A stretch of DNA of 64,000 nt from the NCBI RefSeq assembly GCF_036588685.1, contig NC_086384.1, positions 50,096,001 through 50,160,000 on the forward strand, read 5' to 3'. This DNA is from Mytilus trossulus (Eukaryota). The notes beneath the pieces are model-generated. The model worked only from the letters and a program-made list of their open reading frames with translations, did not search any database and was not told the origin of the DNA. Numbering within the stretch: the first letter of the stretch is position 1; each line of letters opens with the position of its first letter. Positions 51,599 through 61,782 of this stretch are shown piece by piece. The translations under genes and the position numbers were made by a program.

Positions 51599-54500
51599 AT
51601 AATTTAATGCGTCCGAAGCGCTTTTCTTGATTTACCTTTATAAGGAACGCTCAGAGCCAAATATTTGCCTTCCCATCCCTTTAAACAGAACAATGCAGTT
51701 TCATTGTAAATGCAAGTATAAAAACAGTAATGCCTATTTAGAATATTGCTTTAAATAATCCAAATGATATGTGGATTGTTATTTAAAGTACGTGCTCTTG
51801 GATCTAATAAAAAGACACAACAGTTACATTTTTAAATAGAAGAAGTTTTATTTATTTATGCATTTAAAGTGTGTCACTTATTCTTATCTTTATTTCGATT
51901 TATTCGAGTTCTTTTACCTGTTAAGATAGGTAATTTTATACGAAATAGATTTGGGTATATTGAAGTGGTTTTTAAAATGAAAGAAACCCATTATCGTTTA
52001 AATGCACATAAACTTTACTATTGCATGCAACGTTGTCACATTCTGTTAGAATATTTAATTTAATTTATATTGAACAAAATACACATGGGTTGCATGCGTC
52101 ACGGTACAAGGAACTTATATCAAACACATATTTTACAAAATAGTTTCACATTTTTTCATGACAGTCACGTGATGTTTGTTTATTTTTTAACGTTGAGTAC
52201 TTCAATATTGGTGATTGATGCGTTGAATTTTGGTACTTCCTATTTTCCTTTTTCGTTGGGTACTTGAATGTTGGTGATTGATGCGTTGAATTGTGGTACT
52301 TCCTCTTTTCCTTTTTCGTTAGGTACTTGGATGTTGGTGATTGATGCGTTGAATTTTGGTACTTCCTCTTTTCCTTTTTCGTTGGGTACTTTGATATTGG
52401 TGATTGATGCATTGAATTTTGGTACTTTCTCTTTCCTTTTTCGTGACTTGATAAATAATAGTTATACTTCCAAATAAATGTAAAATTTAATTAAAAATGA
52501 TTTAAAAAATATTCGACATTTATTTTTGTTAGGGATTGGTGTTCCCCAGAGGTGAGGTGAAAGTACGACCATTTTGGCCATAGGGTCCACATGAACCTTA
52601 AACAAAAAAGTATGATAAATGTAATATATTAATGTCTTTTTCTTATTCTTTTCTAAAGCAAAGCTCACTCATTTAGATATCCCAGAATATTCAATGGAAC
52701 AAGTTTAAATTTGAAAATTGTTTTAAATTATAATTTTATCATTTATCATTTATAAATGACACAGTTGTTATCACTACCGTTCCATGGCTTTATCCAAACA
52801 TTTCCAGAAAATGTTATTTTCATTTAATGTGTCTGTTTTACGAATGTGGTCATTGGCATCCAATGCCATCATTTGAAGAACACATTGCGGTATTTCTGTT
52901 TTGGTTATATTTTCCAGGTTTATAACAATTATTCTTGCTTGTAATCCCAGGAAATGTTCAATTCCAACAGTAGCTTCATAGTATGCCCAATCATTGTTCA
53001 CAAATTCTTTTGAAATCACTAAGATTATCTTTTTGCATTTTGGAATTGAATTGTTTAAAGCAAAAAGTCTATGTTCTCCAGCAAGGACATCTCCTCTATC
53101 TAACAAAAGAAGTTTATAATTCCGTCTCTCTTCGAGAAATAAGCGCAGAGGTCCATATACCCATTTATAGTCGCCATCGCAATAAGCTACATATGCATCA
53201 TATTCAAGTGATTCATAATTTAATGCGTCCGAAGCGCTTTTCTTGATTTACCTTTATAAGGAACGCTCAGAGCCAAATATTTGCCTTCCCATCCCTTTAA
53301 ACAGAACAATGCAGTTTCATTGTAAATGCAAGTATAAAAACAGTAATGCCTATTTAGAATATTGCTTTAAATAATCCAAATGATATGTGGATTGTTATTT
53401 AAAGTACGTGCTCTTGGATCTAATAAAAAGACACAACAGTTACATTTTTAAATAGAAGAAGTTTTATTTATTTATGCATTTAAAGTGTGTCACTTATTCT
53501 TATCTTTATTTCGATTTATTCGAGTTCTTTTACCTGTTAAGATAGGTAATTTTATACGAAATAGATTTGGGTATATTGAAGTGGTTTTTAAAATGAAAGA
53601 AACCCATTATCGTTTAAATGCACATAAACTTTACTATTGCATGCAACGTTGTCACATTCTGTTAGAATATTTAATTTAATTTATATTGAACAAAATACAC
53701 ACGGGTTGCATGCGTCACGGTACAAGGAACTTATATCAAACACATATTGTACAAAATAGTTTCACATTTTTTCATGACAGTCACGTGATGTTTGTTTATT
53801 TTTTAACGTTGAGTACTTCAATATTGGTGATTGATGCGTTGAATTTTGGTACTTCCTATTTTCCTTTTTCGTTGGGTACTTGAATGTTGGTGATTGATGC
53901 GTTGAATTGTGGTACTTCCTCTTTTCCTTTTTCGTTAGGTACTTGGATGTTGGTGATTGATGCGTTGAATTTTGGTACTTCCTCTTTTCCTTTTTCGTTG
54001 GGTACTTTGATATTGGTGATTGATGCATTGAATTTTGGTACTTTCTCTTTCCTTTTTCGTGACTTGATAAATAATAGTTATACTTCCAAATAAATGTAAA
54101 ATTTAATTAAAAATGATTTAAAAAATATTCGACATTTATTTTTGTTAGGGATTGGTGTTCCCCAGAGGTGAGGTGAAAGTACGACCATTTTGGCCATAGG
54201 GTCCACATGAACCTTAAACAAAAAAGTATGATAAATGTAATATATTAATGTCTTTTTCTTATTCTTTTCTAAAGCAAAGCTCACTCATTTAGATATCCCA
54301 GAATATTCAATGGAACAAGTTTAAATTTGAAAATTGTTTTAAATTATAATTTTATCATTTATCATTTATAAATGACACAGTTGTTATCACTACCGTTCCA
54401 TGGCTTTATCCAAACATTTCCAGAAAATGTTATTTTCATTTAATGTGTCTGTTTTACGAATGTGGTCATTGGCATCCAATGCCATCATTTGAAGAACACA

Positions 54501-54830
54501 TTGCGGTATTTCTGTTTTGGTTATATTTTCCAGGTTTATAACAATTATTCTTGCTTGTAATCCCAGGAAATGTTCAATTCCAACAGTAGCTTCATAGTAT
54601 GCCCAATCATTGTTCACAAATTCTTTTGAAATCACTAAGATTATCTTTTTGCATTTTGGAATTGAATTGTTTAAAGCAAAAAGTCTATGTTCTCCAGCAA
54701 GGACATCTCCTCTATCTAACAAAAGAAGTTTGTAATTCCGTCTCTCTTCGAGAAATAAGCGCAAAGGTCCATATACCCATTTATAGTCTCCATCGCAATA
54801 AGCTACATATGCATCATATTCAAGTGATTC
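51599..54830. repeat. Direct tandem duplication of 1616 bp (51599-53214 / 53215-54830) with TTC junction microhomology
   Basis: ORF-track duplicates are all offset by 1616; I could see only five substitutions. Confidence 0.96.
52774..53214 (-). pseudogene. Isolated, uninterrupted TIR-domain copy of TLR-F, without an upstream in-frame ATG
   Basis: ESLEYDAYVAY...CLDKAMER*; an in-frame TAA lies 12 codons upstream of the junction. Confidence 0.85.
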
Positions 54831-56855
54831 TTCTTTTGACTTCCGGAAAAGTGGATTTGCCATTCCGATAAATAAACAAAAGTATTGTAGGTGCAATTTG
54901 TAACGATATCCAATTAGAATGAATAAAAGAAGAACACTGAATAAAGTTGCAGAAAAAATTAACCATACTGTAGTAATACATCTTATTCTCAAAATTCGCA
55001 AGTGATTGTAGACGATATTTGTTGTTGTAATATTTCCATCGTTTCCGACGCACGAATAACTACCATTGCTGTCAAGTTTTATTTTTGTAGTAAATAGCCA
55101 TTCAACAAAATCTAATGAAGCACAAGTACAAACAAGGGGGTTTCCCTCTAATAAGACTGTCATTGTTTCATTTGATTTTTCAAATAGCACTTCAATCGCG
55201 TCAGTTTCTTCAGTTGTCAAATACGCTATTTTGTTGTTTCTGATGTTTAGGAAACTAAGACGGTTCAAGTCTTCTAGATTCAAGGGAATACTTGTGAACA
55301 AATTTCCTTCAAGTATCAAACATTGTAAACTGTCAAATTGACTTTTAAATGTTGAAGTTCTGAACTGGTCTTCGAATGCATTTCTTGAAAAGTCTATATA
55401 CTGCAAATGTTTGAGTCCTTCGAGGAATTTACCTTGGTAATCCTCTTTAAAACCAACACTTAGTGAAGAACTTTGCATTATTAACTGTTCCAAATTGACG
55501 GCAGATTGCAGAAGGTTGTGATTTAAAAGTCCGCATTTGAAATGTGAAACATTAAGTACTACCACGTTCTGAAGTCCATTTAATGTGTAATTGCAGTCTG
55601 CAAGTGATGTGTACGTCAAATCTATTATTTTTAAATGTGGTATACCCTTGAATGTTATACTGTTGATCATGCCAAAATCATGGCCAATTAAAAAGGAGGC
55701 GTTAAAGAATTCGAGAGAAGAAGGAAGTCTTATTGAGTAATCTTTTGGCGTGTCAATTTTAAGACCATGGTATCTCGTTCTTCTAGAAATATCACGTTTT
55801 AGTTTTTGAATATTTTGTATATAGTTACTATTAATTAAAGACATGTCTATTCTCTTGATATTGATAAAGTAATTGAAATATAAAAAGATATATTCCTGGT
55901 GAAAATCAAATCTATTCCTACTTAAGTCTAAAGTCTCAAGACAGTTTCTGTATTTCATTTTCTGGAAAGCGGATGCATCTATGAGCCTGATACCGTTGTC
56001 TCCTAAAGATAATCTTTTTACGCATATGTTACCGATATATGCAAATAGATCAGCCGAAATAACGTACTCACCGAAAAATTTGAAATTGCTGCTCAAATCT
56101 AATTCATCCATCTGTCGATTTTTAAACACGTGTAAGGCTTGTAATGTATTTGATAGTTTCGAGAATCTTTGACCAAGCGTACTAAGACTAGAAAGTACTT
56201 CCAACGGTGCAAATGTATCGATTTCTATTTCTCGTATACCGCCATTGATACTTAAATACTTTAATGACGTCTTTTTAAATGAATCAAATGTATAGTTATG
56301 AATAACATAACCTTCATAATCGCCTTGGAAATAATGAAGATTTTTCATGACAGAAAATATATCTGCGAATGATCCGTTCGACGGTCCACCATAAGTAAAC
56401 ACCTTTCTTATGTTTAATACATCTAGCCAAGACTCTCTCGGATACGTTGACAGCAAGTCATGTGATATATGAAGTACTTGTAGGTCATCTAGTGGTGCAA
56501 ATGTATTCCCTTGAAACGATTTCATTGGATTATCGAATAAATTGATTTCGGTTAAAAGTGTCAATTTTTCAAAAGCTGATATATCTATTGCACTTATATT
56601 ACAACTGCTTATATCCAGATATCTAAGCTGTGTATATCTAGTAAATATGTCCTTACCTAGACTGTTAAGGTTATTATTCATTAGAAGTAAATCTGTTGTG
56701 TTTGATGGACATTCTGCCGGTATGAATGTTACATTCCTTGAACTACAGTCACATTTTATTTCATCCACACGTATTGTAATATCACATTGTCTTGAATAAA
56801 CAAACGAAAGAATACAGTTAACACAAAGAAAGAATAAACGTTGTAGTATCACCAT
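54390..56855 (-). CDS. Toll-like receptor TLR-F, 821 aa
   Basis: Intact ORF with signal peptide, LRRNT, LRRs, LRRCT, TM and TIR. Confidence 0.96.
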   Translation of the reverse strand: MVILQRLFFLCVNCILSFVYSRQCDITIRVDEIKCDCSSRNVTFIPAECPSNTTDLLLMNNNLNSLGKDIFTRYTQLRYLDISSCNISAIDISAFEKLTLLTEINLFDNPMKSFQGNTFAPLDDLQVLHISHDLLSTYPRESWLDVLNIRKVFTYGGPSNGSFADIFSVMKNLHYFQGDYEGYVIHNYTFDSFKKTSLKYLSINGGIREIEIDTFAPLEVLSSLSTLGQRFSKLSNTLQALHVFKNRQMDELDLSSNFKFFGEYVISADLFAYIGNICVKRLSLGDNGIRLIDASAFQKMKYRNCLETLDLSRNRFDFHQEYIFLYFNYFINIKRIDMSLINSNYIQNIQKLKRDISRRTRYHGLKIDTPKDYSIRLPSSLEFFNASFLIGHDFGMINSITFKGIPHLKIIDLTYTSLADCNYTLNGLQNVVVLNVSHFKCGLLNHNLLQSAVNLEQLIMQSSSLSVGFKEDYQGKFLEGLKHLQYIDFSRNAFEDQFRTSTFKSQFDSLQCLILEGNLFTSIPLNLEDLNRLSFLNIRNNKIAYLTTEETDAIEVLFEKSNETMTVLLEGNPLVCTCASLDFVEWLFTTKIKLDSNGSYSCVGNDGNITTTNIVYNHLRILRIRCITTVWLIFSATLFSVLLLFILIGYRYKLHLQYFCLFIGMANPLFRKSKEESLEYDAYVAYCDGDYKWVYGPLRLFLEERRNYKLLLLDRGDVLAGEHRLFALNNSIPKCKKIILVISKEFVNNDWAYYEATVGIEHFLGLQARIIVINLENITKTEIPQCVLQMMALDANDHIRKTDTLNENNIFWKCLDKAMER

Positions 56856-57107
56856 TTTTCAAATCAATTGTAAATCTTTTACTTTTAATATCTTTATTTT
56901 GGAGTGCATAACCACAAAATTTAGTAATATTCTCCTTTCATTAAACATTTAAATATCTAAATATAAACATGTATATAGCATTCAAAAACCGGAGCCACTC
57001 AAGCAATAATCAAAATAATAAATTATATATACAAAGGTAAATTTCATATCAGTCTAAATTTTATTGTTGATATGTTACCAAGTTGATAATTGTTTTGCGG
57101 AAGATAA

Positions 57108-57143
57108 ACAGGAAGTACGGGCGGTTACATGAAATAGAAATCC
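57108..57143 (-). promoter_or_regulatory. Putative TLR-F promoter: ETS site (57108-57116) and ISRE-core GAAATAGAAA (57131-57140)
   Basis: The reverse complement of 57100-57190 aligns with 4730-4820. Confidence 0.5.
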
Positions 57144-60117
57144 AAACTACCTAGCTGATACATCCTCATTGTATCGTCGGTTCATTTAACATTTTTAAAA
57201 GTAACTAACATATCATGAACCCCCCAACGGATTTTAATCAAATCACGTGATACGATGTTTAAAGATTTCAGGTGTTTTTACTTTAATTCACATTATGAAT
57301 TAAAAATATTTATTAGTCATCGTTAGTACGTGGATTATTGAATATCGTAAATTTAATTTTAAACTTATTATAAATCTATCGCTTATGTTTTTTTTTATAT
57401 TATTTTCTATTCTTTTTTCATGTTATTTTTGTTAATTTGTTTTTTGTTTATTTAAATTCGTATTGCCACAAACTGTAAATATTTAATGTCAATAAGTTTG
57501 ATGTGATTATACATTGTTCTATGATATTTTAATTATTGTGTGTGTCAATCACTTTATTTACTTCATATTTACATTTCTCATTTGCTTGAGCTCATTTGAT
57601 AGTTTTTAAATTTGTCAGTTTTACTTTTTTGAAAGTACAACAGATTTTTCACACATGTTTGTGTAGAATAACAATTAATTAAAATTAACAATTCAATACC
57701 AGATCTTCCACGATCCAAGTGGAATGCTTGATCACCGCTATATATCGAAATTGATTATTTCGCGGCCGTTTTCGTCGATATATATGCCGAATGACTGCCA
57801 TGGAAATAGTCCATTTACAAGTAGAAAATATTTCAATAAAAACTAGTGATACACAAAACTCATAAATACACCTTTTATTATTTGATAACCCTTTATTATA
57901 ATAACAGTACTGTTGTTTTCATGTAATTTATCATTTTGCTCTAATTTTGAAAAATAAATCTGAATTAATATATAGGAATCGATAATCGTGACACACAGGA
58001 TGCATCTTTCTCCGAAAATTACTTATCAACATATCGTGGTCGTTCACAGGAAGAACGAATTTGTATTTATAAACACAATAAACAAAACATGAGGTTAAGC
58101 ATTACACAGGTAAAATTTATATTTTGTCATCCGTTTACCTTTGATGGGGATCGAGCTTAGTTATATTAGGGTGAGCTAGATATGAGTTCATTTGAGTTCT
58201 AATGGCTAATGTCATCATGTTTATAGAATATAGAGGTGAAAGATACCAAAGAGACATTCAAATTCATTAGTCGAAATTAAATTGACAAAGCCATCAAATT
58301 TCTAAACATGAAAAATACATGTAGACGAAGAACAGTACACCAAACACAACATAGAAAACTAAAGTCTGGGCAATACGAATCCAATTAAAAACTAGGAGTG
58401 ATAAGGACGATAAGCAGTTTCGGTTCCGAATTGTAGCACCCCTCGTTTTGCTCATCATAGTGGAGATCCGGAAATAACTCGAATTCCGTAGTTCACACTA
58501 CATGTACTTAGGAAAGAGGGAACGGGATATAATTAGATTTAAAGGTATTTGTATTAAAGACATATGCAATCTTTGTTTTTGTTTTCATATTCTAGCTGAC
58601 AAAAATCATGAAATTGCTGATTACCGAAATTTCAAATGCCCATAAATATGCAACTGGTAATCTTAGTTTTGGATTGTAACATCTTATATGTTGTGTTAGA
58701 AAATAATCATAATATCCAAAATGCGATTTGATATTTCTGAAACTCAAAATGCTCTCAGTTTCATGGCCCATGTTTATGGAAAACTGCTTAAACTTATAAC
58801 TTTCCCAAGTGCATCTGTTGTATACTACTTCCTGCATTGTCCAGCAAGTTTTGAATATTGTATTGCTTATATATACAGATCTGCAGGAGCGGATCCAGTC
58901 ATTTAATAACAAAAGGGTTCCAATCCCAGCGCAACCGTATTTCCCTATTTAAATGAATTGATCGTAAAAAAGGGATTCCAACACCCGGAACCCCATCTCC
59001 CTTTAGATCCGCCACGAGCTGCAAATACTTTTTTCGGTGTAAATTGCTAACATTCTTCTTGTAGCAAATACAGATTGAATCTTATATAAAGGCAACAGTA
59101 GTATACTGCTGTTCGAAATTCATAAATCGATTGAGAAAAAAAACCAAATCTGGGTAACAACTAAAACTGAAGGAAACACATCAAATATAGGAGGAGAACT
59201 AAGACACAACATTAAAATGTAACACACAAAAACGAGCTATAACTATGGTCATTTCCCTAACTTGGTACAGGGGATTTAAATAACCAAAAAAAATGGTGGG
59301 TTGAACCTGGTATGCCAACCCTTTAGGTTTAACCCCTTCCTGTTCCCATCGGTACTCTGCTACCGATGGGCTATATTTTTGGGCAACTAGCTTGCGTAAA
59401 GTATTGAATCTTTGGCATTTGTTGACGTACAGAAGTGGTTGATGGCTCAAATCAATCCCCTATATCACAGCTGGGTGATTCGTGGGGCCTAAAACCTCTC
59501 GCGAGTATGGTTTGGTATCAAATCGCTCCTAACGGACAACGTTTTCTCCTGTGAAAACCGTGTTTTTTTTTTTAATTTTGAACACAATATTTCCGTAGAG
59601 TATGGGAAAATATACTGTTGATTTTGGGGGCAATATAACTTTTTTTTATTAACTTCGCTGTGTATTTTTGAGGAAAACTATTCATAGTATGATTTAAACT
59701 TGTTCGCAAGTGAAATAAGTGATTGTAAGTGTACCAACGCAATCCTTTACCTGAAACGCACTCTCAATTTGTGGTCACTAATTTCCAAATTAATTGAAAA
59801 AGAGACAAAAACAGACAAAAAGTCATGTTTTTTTTTTTGAGGTTGACATAGATGTAACAGAACATTGTTTCTGAAGTGCCTGGTTATGGTTATGCCGAAA
59901 ACACTTTTGTTGAAATAAAGAAACTGGTAAAAGTTAAGAAAAAAATAGCAGACTAAAGTATGATATCATCCTATATTCGCTCAAAATGATGGGATTTACA
60001 ACAATTATATGTTATATCGAGACTTAATTTCTATACGAAAACAGACTGATTATTTGTTTACTCTCACTTCGTTAATGGAACAGTTAACTACTAAAATTTC
60101 AATGTTTTAAACTGGAA

Positions 60118-60190
60118 CTCCCGTGGTTCAGTGGGAAGCTGCACTAGCCCACAGCAGGAAGATTGCATGTTCGAACCTCAAAGCCGGAGG
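60118..60190 (+). repeat. tRNA-derived SINE-like head / tRNA relic
   Basis: A-box TGGTTCAGTGG and B-box GTTCGAACC at tRNA-like spacing; no clean cloverleaf. Confidence 0.45.
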
Positions 60191-61275
60191 TAAAAAAATA
60201 CTTTCCCATATTAAATGTAACTTAACTTAACTTTACTTTTAATTTAAAAAAGAGGGTCATGAATACATACAAAACTCAAATTAAAAACAATGTTTGTATG
60301 TTTTTAAATAATGTGTGTCCTAATTGCACCCCCCCCCCTTCAACTAATACATCATAGGCCCAAAACACCAAAGTAATTATTGGTAATTCATTGAATCTTA
60401 CTTTTAAAGTAAAAATTATATGTGCTGCTTGAATAAACATAGTTTAACCTAAAATTTGTGTCAAGGATAAGATTTTTGACGAAAAAACGGCTGAAATCCG
60501 TTATTTTGCATATTGATGGCATCAACGTTTGGAAGGCATACATCACGTATTTCCTCCAACTATACCATAATTGTAACTTTCCTGTTTCTATCAGACTTAG
60601 GACATTGCTTTGACACCAAAACTATATCCTATTAGCCATTATAAAAGTCTTCAAACGACCTTTTTCGCACGATTTTTGTATTTTTTTTACTTTTTTTCCG
60701 CAAGTCACGTGACTTTTGGACAGATAACACGTGACTTCAGAAGACAAAATTTCTGATATATTTATTTCTTTCCAATATTTAATCAATTATCTCTCAAATG
60801 GACCCACAACCACCTTTGTGTAAGCTTCAGTGCGAATGCTATATGCGATTGAACTTTGATAGTGTCTTTTCATAAGTTTGCGTCAAATTTGGCGGAACGT
60901 GAAAGGGTTAAGGTAATTGCAATGAAAAAATGTTTTTATTAATTTATATATATAAGAAAAAGACGTCAAATATTTATAACAATGAATGTTCAATCTTTTA
61001 TTATTTATGCACATAATGTGTGACCCATATTTGTGGTTTCCCAAACCAGTTATTTTCAGAATTGTAAACAAGGTACGAAGTTTTTGCAACAACTTGTCAT
61101 CGGAACATGGGGAATGATTTATAAGTTGCGGGTTTTTTTTTATGACAATGAAACATGTTTTTTTTTCTTCTGTTTATAGACATCCCATTCGTCACAACTC
61201 GGCTGATTCCGTACCTTCTAGTAGGAGAGTAACGGATTCACCCGAGGATTGCCGATTGAGACATCATCATCAACA

Positions 61276-61780
61276 ATGGAAATCAACAATCTTCCACCAG
61301 AAGTGATTGTAGGGATTTTCAGATATTTACCCACAGAGGAACTGATACAGTCTAAAGTTATATGCAAACTTTGGTAACAACTGAGCAAGTCAAAAATATT
61401 GTGGAAAAGTGTTACCGCTATATCGTATATCAATATTAAGGAAACAGCGCAAAACACATCGTCTTGAAAAACATGTTGATCAATAGTCACCAGATTCACA
61501 ACTTAACAATTAGTCCACTAGGGTTAAAGGTAATTTTGCAACAAAGTCGTGAAGTTGAATTTGCTTACCTTTCCAATCTTGTTCTTGTGGCAGAACGAGT
61601 GTATAGCACATCTTTATTAAGTTTGATCAGTGAAAGATGCCCGAATCTAAAAACTTTGAAATTTAGTTGTTTCTATTGAAAAACATGGGAAACGACAGCT
61701 AGCTTTCTAAAGAAGCTGCCATTAGAAGAAATAGACATGGCTTTTGAAGACGATGATATAGACGTTTCTGTTTTCCCGTC
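61276..61780 (+). pseudogene. Intronless F-box/LRR-type gene fragment with premature stops and a frameshift
   Basis: My translation: MEINNLPPEVIVGIFRYLPTEELIQSKVICKLW*QLSKSKILWKSV (F-box), then ..ISERCPNLKTLKF (FBXL-type repeat). Confidence 0.75.
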
Positions 61781-61782
61781 CT

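Noticed and set aside
36359-53214. CBASS/Thoeris-like operon (cyclase plus TIR effector)
   Set aside because: The TIR copy is a recent fragment of a TLR with no STING/SAVED sensor and no start codon. The Glu in WAYYE is common in non-enzymatic TLR TIRs, so NADase activity cannot be inferred.
51869-54284. Duplicated short ORFs in the TLR-F 3' flank
   Set aside because: Low-complexity products of the 63-bp repeat and the 1616-bp duplication; no recognisable domains.
60118-60190. Functional tRNA gene
   Set aside because: A/B boxes are present but the acceptor and T stems do not pair properly; treated as a SINE-like relic.
61673-61782. C-terminal tail of the 61673-62032 ORF as part of the integrase
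   Set aside because: After EPTTY the frame reads through into the antisense strand of the F-box relic.
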